Source: Nocardioides sp. | GTDB taxonomy: Bacteria; Actinomycetota; Actinomycetes; Propionibacteriales; Nocardioidaceae | Reading direction: 5' to 3' | Length of the DNA: 64,000 bases | Assembly: GCF_041913365.1 (NCBI RefSeq) | Contig: NZ_JAYSFM010000004.1 | Coordinates: 34,348 to 98,347, forward strand | Part shown: piece by piece, positions 30,308 through 37,801 of the stretch | How positions within the stretch are numbered: position 1 is the stretch's first letter | Layout: every line of letters begins with the position of its first letter | Position numbers and translations under genes: made by a program | Notes under the pieces: model-generated | Databases searched by the model: none | Seen by the model: the letters and a program-made list of their open reading frames with translations, nothing else | Told to the model about the DNA's origin: nothing

Positions 30308-31101
30308 GGGCGGGGCGCGGGTTCCGCGTCGTCCGGGTGGTGCTGTTCGTGCTGTTCGCCGCCTACTTCGCCCTGCCCCTGGTCTCGATGGCCAACTTCA
30401 GCGTGCAGGGCAAGGGGCCGCTCGAGGGCACGATCACCTTCCACTACTACGCCGAGCTCGTCCGCAACGAGGACCTGCGCAGCGCCATCGTCTCCTCGCT
30501 GCTCCTCGCGGTGCTCACGGTGGCGTTGATGGTCGTGCTGCTCGTGCCGACGATGATCTGGGTGCGGCTGCGCACCCCCGGGCTGAACCGGCTGGTGGAG
30601 TTCCTCTGCCTGCTGCCGCTGACCGTGCCGCCGCTGGTGATCGTGGTCGGCATCTCCAACGTCTACACCTGGGTCAACTACTTCCTCGGTGACTCGCCGC
30701 AGGTGCTCGTGTTCGCCTACGTCGTGCTGGTGCTGCCGTACTCCTACCGGTCCATCGACTCGGCGCTCTCGGCGATCGACGTCACGACGCTCGCGGAGGC
30801 GGCCCGGTCGCTGGGCGCCGGCTGGCTGACCGTGATCACCCGGGTCGTGATGCCCAACATCGTCAGCGGCGTGCTGGGTGCGGCGTTCATCGCCATCGCG
30901 CTGGTGCTCGGCGAGTACGTCTTCGCCTCGCTGCTCCACTACGACACGATGCCGGTGGAGCTGGCGGCCATCTACAAGTCCGAGACCTCGACGGCCATCG
31001 CGGGCGCCTTCGCCTCGATCGTCCTCATCTCGCTGCTGCTCCTCGGACTCTCGTTCTTCAACCGCAACCAGGTGCCCGACCTCGGAGGACAGAAGGAATG
31101 A
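30304..31101 (+). CDS. ABC permease
   Basis: EAARSLGA EAA loop; GTGA overlap. Confidence 0.88.
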   Translation: MRAGRGFRVVRVVLFVLFAAYFALPLVSMANFSVQGKGPLEGTITFHYYAELVRNEDLRSAIVSSLLLAVLTVALMVVLLVPTMIWVRLRTPGLNRLVEFLCLLPLTVPPLVIVVGISNVYTWVNYFLGDSPQVLVFAYVVLVLPYSYRSIDSALSAIDVTTLAEAARSLGAGWLTVITRVVMPNIVSGVLGAAFIAIALVLGEYVFASLLHYDTMPVELAAIYKSETSTAIAGAFASIVLISLLLLGLSFFNRNQVPDLGGQKE

Positions 31102-32147
31102 CGACCACCCAGACCGAGGCGGGGCTCGCGGTCGAGCTCACCGACCTGACCCGCGTCTACGGCCAGGTGCGTGCTCTCGACGGGCTCACCCTCCACCTCG
31201 CGCCCGGCGAGCTCGTCGCCCTGCTCGGCCCGTCGGGTTGCGGCAAGACCACCGCGCTCCGCATCCTGGCCGGCCTCGACCAGCCCACGTCCGGGCGCGT
31301 CGAGGTCGGTGGCAGGGACCTGACCGACGTCCCGGCCAACAAGCGCGACATGGGGATGGTGTTCCAGGCCTACAGCCTCTTCCCGCACCTGACCGTGCTG
31401 GACAACGTCGCCTTCGGGCTCAAGCTGCGCGGCAAGGACGGCGCCTCGCGCCGCAGGATCGCCCAGGAGAAGCTCGAGCTGGTCGGCCTCGCCGAGCACG
31501 GCAGCCGCTACGCCAGCCAGCTCTCCGGCGGGCAGCAGCAGCGCGTCGCCCTCGCGCGCGCGCTCGCGATCGAGCCGTCCGTACTGCTCCTCGACGAGCC
31601 GCTGTCCGCGCTGGACGCCAAGGTCCGCGTCCAGCTGCGCGACGAGATCCGCCGCGTCCAGCTCGAGGTCGGCACCACCACGCTGTTCGTCACCCACGAC
31701 CAGGAGGAGGCGCTCGCCGTCGCCGACCGCGTGGGCGTGATGAACGCCGGCCGGCTCGAGCAGCTGGCCCCGCCGGCCGAGCTCTACTCCGCGCCCGCGA
31801 CGAGGTTCGTGGGGGAGTTCGTCGGCCTCAGCAACCGGCTCCCGGCGACCGTGCAGGGAGGCGTGGCCGCCGTGCTCGGCCGGAATGTCCCGGCCCTCGA
31901 GGGATCGACCACCGGGGCCGGCGTCGCGCTCGTCCGGCCGGAGGCGGTGTCGGTCGTGGCGGACCCGGCCGGCGACGCGACCGTCACGACGGTGATGTTC
32001 CTCGGGCCGTTGTCGCGGGTGACCTGCCAGCTCGCCGACGGCACGGACGTCGTCGCGCAGCTGGCCAGTGCCGACGCGCTCCGGCTCGAGCCGGGCGCCC
32101 GGGTGCGGCTGGACGTCGAGCCGTCGCCGGTGCTGGTGGTGTCCTGA
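31098..32147 (+). CDS. ABC ATP-binding protein (PotA-like, TOBE domain)
   Basis: GPSGCGKTT, LSGGQQQR, LLLDEP, HDQEEA. Confidence 0.92.
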   Translation: MTTTQTEAGLAVELTDLTRVYGQVRALDGLTLHLAPGELVALLGPSGCGKTTALRILAGLDQPTSGRVEVGGRDLTDVPANKRDMGMVFQAYSLFPHLTVLDNVAFGLKLRGKDGASRRRIAQEKLELVGLAEHGSRYASQLSGGQQQRVALARALAIEPSVLLLDEPLSALDAKVRVQLRDEIRRVQLEVGTTTLFVTHDQEEALAVADRVGVMNAGRLEQLAPPAELYSAPATRFVGEFVGLSNRLPATVQGGVAAVLGRNVPALEGSTTGAGVALVRPEAVSVVADPAGDATVTTVMFLGPLSRVTCQLADGTDVVAQLASADALRLEPGARVRLDVEPSPVLVVS

Positions 32148-32198
32148 CCTCGTTGACGTACGCCGCGCGGGCGGGCGCCGTCTCCCGAGCGCGCCGCG

Positions 32199-32411
32199 AA
32201 GGTGGCGGCAGATCGCATCGGGAAGCCTCGTGGGGGTGTGGTGTGCCGCCACCTTCGGGTGGCGGTCGATGAGGGTGGCGGCAGATCGCATCGGGAAGCC
32301 TCGTGGGGGGTGTGGTGTGCCGCCACCTTCGGGTGGCGGTCGATGAGGGTGGCGGCAGATCGCATCGGAAAGCCCTGTGCGGGTGTCGTGTGCCGCCACC
32401 TTCAGGTGGCG
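32199..32411. repeat. Tandem array of three 73-74-bp palindromic units
   Basis: Units begin at 32201, 32274 and 32348; each has GGTGGCGGCA...TGCCGCCACC arms, and units 1-2 add a CCGCCACC-TTCG-GGTGGCGG hairpin (degenerate in unit 3). Confidence 0.9.
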
Positions 32412-32423
32412 AGCGTCGCCGAT

Positions 32424-32460
32424 TTGCACCATGCGGACCAGAGTGCAAAACTGCACTCTG
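32424..32460 (+). promoter_or_regulatory. Leaderless promoter TTGCAC-17-AAAACT with TetR-type operator CAGAGTGCA-AAAC-TGCACTCTG
   Basis: 9-bp perfect inverted repeat 32439-32460 overlapping the -10 and start codon. Confidence 0.7.
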
Positions 32461-33047
32461 TGACCGATAGTGCAATCCAGAGGCGCGGCCGGCGTGGCAC
32501 CGAGCTCCGCATCGTCGACGCCGCGCAGCGGCTCGCCGACGAGCGCGGCAGCATCGACGGCTTCACCATGGACGAGCTCGCGGACGCGTGCGAGGTCTCG
32601 CGGCGCACGTTGTTCAACTACTTCCCGAGCAAGGTCGACGCCGTCCTCGGTCCCGACATCGTGCTGCCGCCTGCGGCGATGGACGACTTCCGCGCGGGCG
32701 GGCCGTCCGGCGACCTGATCGACGACCTCCAGGCGCTGGTGCTGGCGATCCTGGAGAACGAGGACGTCGACCTGGCGACGATCCAGCGCTTCGACCGCAT
32801 CGTCCACGCCAACCCCGTGCTGCTCATCACGCTCAAGGAGCGGATGCGCCGGCTCGTCGAGCGCCTCGTGGAGGCGGCCGTCCAGCGCCCGGGCGGCGAC
32901 CTGCCCGCCCGCGACGTACAGGTCGCCATCGCCGTGCTCGGCGGTGTGTGCGAGGTCGCCGTCACCGCCTTCGTCGACGACCCCGAGCAGGACTTCGCCG
33001 AGCTCATCGTCGCCGGCATCGCCACGGTCCGCCGCCTCTTCGGCTGA
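32460..33047 (+). CDS. TetR-family regulator
   Basis: FTMDELADACEVSRRTLFNYFPSK HTH. Confidence 0.9.
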   Translation: MTDSAIQRRGRRGTELRIVDAAQRLADERGSIDGFTMDELADACEVSRRTLFNYFPSKVDAVLGPDIVLPPAAMDDFRAGGPSGDLIDDLQALVLAILENEDVDLATIQRFDRIVHANPVLLITLKERMRRLVERLVEAAVQRPGGDLPARDVQVAIAVLGGVCEVAVTAFVDDPEQDFAELIVAGIATVRRLFG

Positions 33048-33094
33048 CCCCCCGACCACCACCCACACCGACACCAACGAGGGACACACCACCC

Positions 33095-35401
33095 ATGGCT
33101 CGACTCCTCCACCGCCTCGGCCGCACGGCCTACCGGCGCTGGTACGCCTTCATCGCCGCCTGGCTCGTCGCGCTGGTCGCGGTCGGCTTCACCGCCACCG
33201 CCATCAGCAAGCCGATGACCGACGCCTTCTCGATCCCGGGCATCCCGTCCGAGAAGGCCGCCGACCTCCAGGAAGAGCTCTTCCCGGACGCCGTCGACGC
33301 CTTCGACCAGGCGAGCGTGACCGTCGTGGTCGCCGCGCCCGAGGGCCACACCCTCGAGGAGGACGCGTACGCCGACCGCGTGGGCGCGCTCGTCGCCGAC
33401 CTGGCCGAGCTGCCCCAGGCGCCCGCCGCCGAGACGATCCTCGATCCGGTGACCGCCGCCGCGGGCCAGGAGCAGCAGATGGTCGACGCGGTCGTCGAGG
33501 CCGGTGGTGACGAGGCGCAGGCGCGCGAGGACTTCGCCGCGCTGTCGCCGCTGTCCGACGACAAGCGGATCGGCACCATCAGCTACACGCTGGACGTCGA
33601 CACGGTCACCGACGTCGAGCCGGAGACGGTCGACGCGATCAAGGACGCGGTGGCCGAGGCGAACGCCGGCGGCCTGACCGCGGAGGTCAACGGCTCCGGC
33701 CTGACGGCCATGCCCGAGGGCGGCTCCGCCGAGCTGATCGGCATCGCGGTCGCCGTCGTCGTGCTGCTCGTCGTCTTCGGCTCGGTCGTCGCGGCCGGCA
33801 TCCCGATCGTCACCGCCCTCATCGGTCTCGGCACCGGCCTGCTCGGTGTCGTGGGCTCCACCGCGTTCTTCGACATCGGGTCGAGCACCCCGATGCTCGC
33901 CAGCATGATCGGCCTCGCGGTCGGCATCGACTACGCGCTCTTCATCCTCGCCCGCTACCGCAGCGAGCTCGACCACACCGATGACCGCGCCGAGGCGATG
34001 GGCATCGCGACGGGCACCGCCGGCTCGGCCGTGGTGTTCGCCGGCCTGACCGTCCTCATCGCGCTCGCCGCGCTGTCCGTGGTCGGCATCCCGTTCCTCA
34101 CCACGATGGGCCTCGCGGCCGCCGGCACCGTGTTCGTCGCCGTCCTCGTCGCCCTCACCCTGCTGCCCGCCGTGCTCGGCATGCTGAAGAGCCGGGCCTT
34201 CGGTGGCCGGATCCGCCGCTACCGCCCGGCGCGCGACGAGCGGGGCCGGGTCCTGAACAACGGTGTCCGCTGGGCCCGCCTCGTCGGTCGCGCGCCCGTG
34301 GCCGCCATCCTGCTTGTCGTCGTCGGCCTCGGTGCGCTCGCCGTACCCGTCAAGGACCTGCACCTGGCCTTCCCGACGGACTCCACCGCGTCGCCGGAGA
34401 CCACGCAGCGCCGCGCCGCCGACCTGGTCGCCGAGGGCTTCGGTCCCGGCCGGCAGGGTCCGCTGATGGTCGTCGTCGACGCCCGTGAGGTCGACGAGGC
34501 CGACCGCGGCGCCGCCTTCGGCGAGGTCGTCGACTGGGCTGCCGGCCTCGAGGGCGTGGTCAACGCGCAGGTCGTGATGACCAACGAGGAGGGGACCGGC
34601 GCCCAGGTGCTCGTCACCCCGAGCACCGGCGCCGACGAGGTCGCCACCGAGGACCTGCTGCACGAGATGCGCGACGGCCAGGCCGGGATCGAGGCCGAGA
34701 CCGGCACGACCACCGGCGTCACCGGCATCACTGCCATCCAGGCCGACGTGTCGGAGAAGCTCGCCGACGCGCTGCCGATCTACCTCGCCGTGGTCATCGG
34801 CCTGGCGTTCCTGCTGCTGATGCTGGTCTTCCGGTCGATCCTCGTCCCGCTGACCGCCACCCTCGGCTTCCTGCTGTCGGTGCTCGCCACCCTGGGCGCG
34901 ACCGTCCTGGTCTTCCAGGAGGGGATGTTCGGGATCGTCGAGGGCGCACCGCTGGTGTCCTTCATGCCGATCTTCCTCATCGGTGTCGTTTTCGGCCTGG
35001 CGATGGACTACCAGGTCTTCCTGGTCACCCGGATCCGCGAGGCGCACGTCCACGGGGCCTCCATGCGCGAGGCCGTCGTCGATGGCTTCCGCAACTCGGC
35101 CCGCGTCGTGTCCGCGGCGGCGGTGATCATGACCTCGGTCTTCGCGGCCTTCATGCTGACCGACGAGCCGATCATCAAGTCGATGGGCTTCGCGCTCGCC
35201 GCCGCGGTGGTGTTCGACGCCTTCGTGGTGCGGATGGTGCTCATCCCGGCGCTGCTCTACCTGCTCGGCGAGAAGGCCTGGTGGCTGCCCCGCTGGCTGG
35301 ACCGCCTGCTGCCGGTCATCGACGTGGAGGGCGAGTCGCTCGAGCGCGACCACGCCACCGCCCAGTGGCGCGACGAGCGGGAGCCCGAGCTGGTCGGCTG
35401 A
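33095..35401 (+). CDS. MMPL/RND-family transporter
   Basis: GLAVGIDYALF, FGLAMDYQVF, two TM bundles. Confidence 0.92.
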   Translation: MARLLHRLGRTAYRRWYAFIAAWLVALVAVGFTATAISKPMTDAFSIPGIPSEKAADLQEELFPDAVDAFDQASVTVVVAAPEGHTLEEDAYADRVGALVADLAELPQAPAAETILDPVTAAAGQEQQMVDAVVEAGGDEAQAREDFAALSPLSDDKRIGTISYTLDVDTVTDVEPETVDAIKDAVAEANAGGLTAEVNGSGLTAMPEGGSAELIGIAVAVVVLLVVFGSVVAAGIPIVTALIGLGTGLLGVVGSTAFFDIGSSTPMLASMIGLAVGIDYALFILARYRSELDHTDDRAEAMGIATGTAGSAVVFAGLTVLIALAALSVVGIPFLTTMGLAAAGTVFVAVLVALTLLPAVLGMLKSRAFGGRIRRYRPARDERGRVLNNGVRWARLVGRAPVAAILLVVVGLGALAVPVKDLHLAFPTDSTASPETTQRRAADLVAEGFGPGRQGPLMVVVDAREVDEADRGAAFGEVVDWAAGLEGVVNAQVVMTNEEGTGAQVLVTPSTGADEVATEDLLHEMRDGQAGIEAETGTTTGVTGITAIQADVSEKLADALPIYLAVVIGLAFLLLMLVFRSILVPLTATLGFLLSVLATLGATVLVFQEGMFGIVEGAPLVSFMPIFLIGVVFGLAMDYQVFLVTRIREAHVHGASMREAVVDGFRNSARVVSAAAVIMTSVFAAFMLTDEPIIKSMGFALAAAVVFDAFVVRMVLIPALLYLLGEKAWWLPRWLDRLLPVIDVEGESLERDHATAQWRDEREPELVG

Positions 35402-35412
35402 GGCTGCGCTAC

Positions 35413-35458
35413 GACGTCATGGCGGGTGGTTGCCTGAGCGACCACCCGCCACGACGTC
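35413..35458. repeat. 46-bp hairpin between convergent genes (probable bidirectional terminator; related to the DUF559-flanking hairpins)
   Basis: 18-bp stem with 1 mismatch; same length, GACGT/ACGTC ends and AGCGACC register as 25275-25320. Confidence 0.7.
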
Positions 35459-36221
35459 ACTGCTTCCAGGGCATGACGAGCGCGGCGAGGTCGGGGGCCA
35501 GCTCCTTCTGCAGCAGGGGCCCGAAGGTGACCCGGTGGACGCCCATGGCCTGCAGGTCCTCCAGCGAGCCGGCAGCCGAGCCCTTGCGCGGGTTGGCGAT
35601 GACGTTCACCGGCCCGGACAGCGCATCGAGCAGTGCCTCGAGGGACGCCGCGTCGGGTACGCCGACGGGGTAGACGCAGCGGGCGCCTGCCTCCTCGCAC
35701 GCCCGGAGCCGCGCGACCGCCTCGCCCACGGGATCGTCGAACTGGCCCTTCTTGATGAACACGTCGGTCCGCGCGTTGACCACCACGTCGACGCCCGCGC
35801 CGTCGGCCGCCTGGCGGATCGCGCCGATGTAGTCGGCGTGCTCGGCCGCCGACCGCATCCGGCCGCCCTCGGAGTGGACGGTGTCCTCGATGTTGAGGCC
35901 GACCGCGCCCGCCTCGAGCATCCGCTCGACCAGCTCGGCGGCCGGGGTGGCGTAGCCGGACTCCAGGTCGGCGGTGACCGGGACGTCCGGCACGGCCCCG
36001 CAGATCCGGCGTACGCCGTCGAGCGCGTCGGCGAGCGTCATGTCCTCGTTGTCGCCCTGGCCGCGCGAGTCGGCGAGCGGGTGGCTGCCGATGCTGAGGG
36101 CCGGGAAGCCGGCATCCGCGACGGTGCGGGCCGACCAGGCGTCCCAGACGTTGGGCAGGACCAGCGTGGTGCCGGTGTGGTGGAGGTCGAGGAGGGTGCG
36201 GGCGCGCTCGGCGATGTCCAT
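35457..36221 (-). CDS. Isocitrate lyase/PEP mutase-family protein
   Basis: LPNVWDAWSA, TADLESGY, GLNIEDT, VVNARTD. Confidence 0.88.
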   Translation of the reverse strand: MDIAERARTLLDLHHTGTTLVLPNVWDAWSARTVADAGFPALSIGSHPLADSRGQGDNEDMTLADALDGVRRICGAVPDVPVTADLESGYATPAAELVERMLEAGAVGLNIEDTVHSEGGRMRSAAEHADYIGAIRQAADGAGVDVVVNARTDVFIKKGQFDDPVGEAVARLRACEEAGARCVYPVGVPDAASLEALLDALSGPVNVIANPRKGSAAGSLEDLQAMGVHRVTFGPLLQKELAPDLAALVMPWKQ

Positions 36222-36284
36222 GCCACGAGGCTGCCATGCCGGGGCGACCGGGCATAGGGGGATCGTGCCGGGCGTTGACCCCAC

Positions 36285-37355
36285 GTGGACGTCCTCGACT
36301 CAGTCGTCATCGGTGCCGGGCAGGCGGGCCTCGCCGCGTCGTACTTCCTGCGCCAGCGGGGCATCGACCACGTGGTGCTGGACGCCAACCCCGAGCCCGG
36401 CGGCGCCTGGCAGCACCGGTGGTCCTCCCTCAGCATGGACGACGTGCACGGCGTCGCCGACCTCCCCGGCTCCGCGGCACCGGCGGGGTCGCGGCACGCG
36501 GCCAACCTCGTGGTGCCGGACTACTTCGGCGACTACGAGCGGAGCCAGGGGCTTCCGGTGGTGCGGCCGGTGCGGGTCGAGCGCGTCGACACCGAGGGCG
36601 ACCTGCTGGTCGTGCGTGCCGGCGAGCACGAGTGGCGTACGCGCACGCTCGTCAACGCCACCGGCACCTGGACGCGGCCGTTCGTGCCGTTCTACCCCGG
36701 CATCGAGACGTTCGCGGGGGAGCAGGTGCACACCGCGCACTACCCGGGCGCCGAGCACTTCCGCGGCACGCGCGTGCTCGTGGTGGGCGGCGGGGCGTCC
36801 GCCGTGCAGTTCCTCGGCGAGCTCGCCCCGATCGCCGACACCCTGTGGGTCACCCGGCGGCCGCCGGTCTGGCGCGAGGAGTTCGACGCGTCGGCCGGGC
36901 TGGCCGCGGTGACCGCCGTCGAGGAGCGCGTACGCCGTGGGCTCCCGCCCGCCAGCGTGGTCAGCGTGACCGGGCTCAAGCTGCGGCCGCAGGAGCAGGA
37001 GGCCGCCCGGCTGGGTGCCTACGAGCGGCTGCCGATGTTCTCCCGGATCGAGCCCGACGGGGTCCGCTGGGCCGACGGCAGGTCCGAGAGCGTCGACGTG
37101 ATCCTGTGGGCGACGGGGTTCCGGCCGGCGGTGGACCACCTGGCGCCACTCGGCCTGCGGAGCCCCGAGGGCGGCATCGCCCTCGTGCCGGTGCCCGGCA
37201 ACGTGCAGGGCGCGACCACCGCCGAGCGCGACCCGCGCGTGCAGCTCGTCGGCTACGGGCCCTCCGCGAGCACGATCGGCGCCTCGCGGGCCGGCCGGCA
37301 GGCGGCGCTCGCGGTGTCCCGCCACCTCGCGGCCGAGCCCGCCATCGCGGGCTGA
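36285..37355 (+). CDS. FAD/NAD(P)-dependent flavoprotein monooxygenase-like oxidoreductase
   Basis: VIGAGQAG, NATGTW, HTAHY, VVGGGASA, WATGF. Confidence 0.88.
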   Translation: MDVLDSVVIGAGQAGLAASYFLRQRGIDHVVLDANPEPGGAWQHRWSSLSMDDVHGVADLPGSAAPAGSRHAANLVVPDYFGDYERSQGLPVVRPVRVERVDTEGDLLVVRAGEHEWRTRTLVNATGTWTRPFVPFYPGIETFAGEQVHTAHYPGAEHFRGTRVLVVGGGASAVQFLGELAPIADTLWVTRRPPVWREEFDASAGLAAVTAVEERVRRGLPPASVVSVTGLKLRPQEQEAARLGAYERLPMFSRIEPDGVRWADGRSESVDVILWATGFRPAVDHLAPLGLRSPEGGIALVPVPGNVQGATTAERDPRVQLVGYGPSASTIGASRAGRQAALAVSRHLAAEPAIAG

Positions 37356-37357
37356 TT

Positions 37358-37406
37358 GTCAACCTTCGTCAACCGGCGTCAACCGCCTCCCGGGCGGCCG
37401 CACGGT
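37358..37406 (+). promoter_or_regulatory. Triple GTCAAC box (10-bp period) plus -10-like CACGGT, upstream of lipoprotein A
   Basis: GTCAAC at 37358, 37368, 37378; 17 nt then CACGGT; same layout at 43673. Confidence 0.8.
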
Positions 37407-37456
37407 GGTCCCAACGCCGCACCCGACCGGGGTCGGCAACCTGAAGGGACACGACC

Positions 37457-37717
37457 ATGAACACCAACGGAAACACCATTCGCAAGGGCTTCGCCGCCGT
37501 CACCGCTGCCACCGCGTTCTTCGCCATCACCGCGTGTGGGACCGAGGCCGCCCCGCCGTCACAGGACATCGGGGGCACGCAGCAGCAGCAGAACGAGCCG
37601 CGGTCGCCCAGGACCACCATCCCGAGGACTGACTTCAACGACGAGTTCGGCGACGCCGAGCCGGAGCAGCCGGGGAAGGATCACGATCCCATCGACCGCA
37701 CGAAGGACTGGCACTGA
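37457..37717 (+). CDS. Small lipoprotein A (86 aa), unknown function
   Basis: Signal peptide RKGFAAVTAATAFFAITA-C, GAAGGGA RBS; paralog at 43769. Confidence 0.82.
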   Translation: MNTNGNTIRKGFAAVTAATAFFAITACGTEAAPPSQDIGGTQQQQNEPRSPRTTIPRTDFNDEFGDAEPEQPGKDHDPIDRTKDWH

Positions 37718-37728
37718 GAGACCGGGGG

Positions 37729-37757
37729 CCGGGCGGCGGACGGGGTACGTCGCCCGG
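37729..37757 (+). terminator. Hairpin after lipoprotein A
   Basis: CCGGGCGGCG/CGTCGCCCGG stem (one G-U). Confidence 0.4.
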
Positions 37758-37801
37758 TCCCGTCCCTGCCGGGCCTTTTCTCGGGCCGCCGCTCGATCTC
37801 C

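Noticed and set aside
32199-32411. Possible CRISPR array
   Set aside because: Units are near-identical along their whole length with no unique spacers, there are only three units, and no cas genes are in the window.
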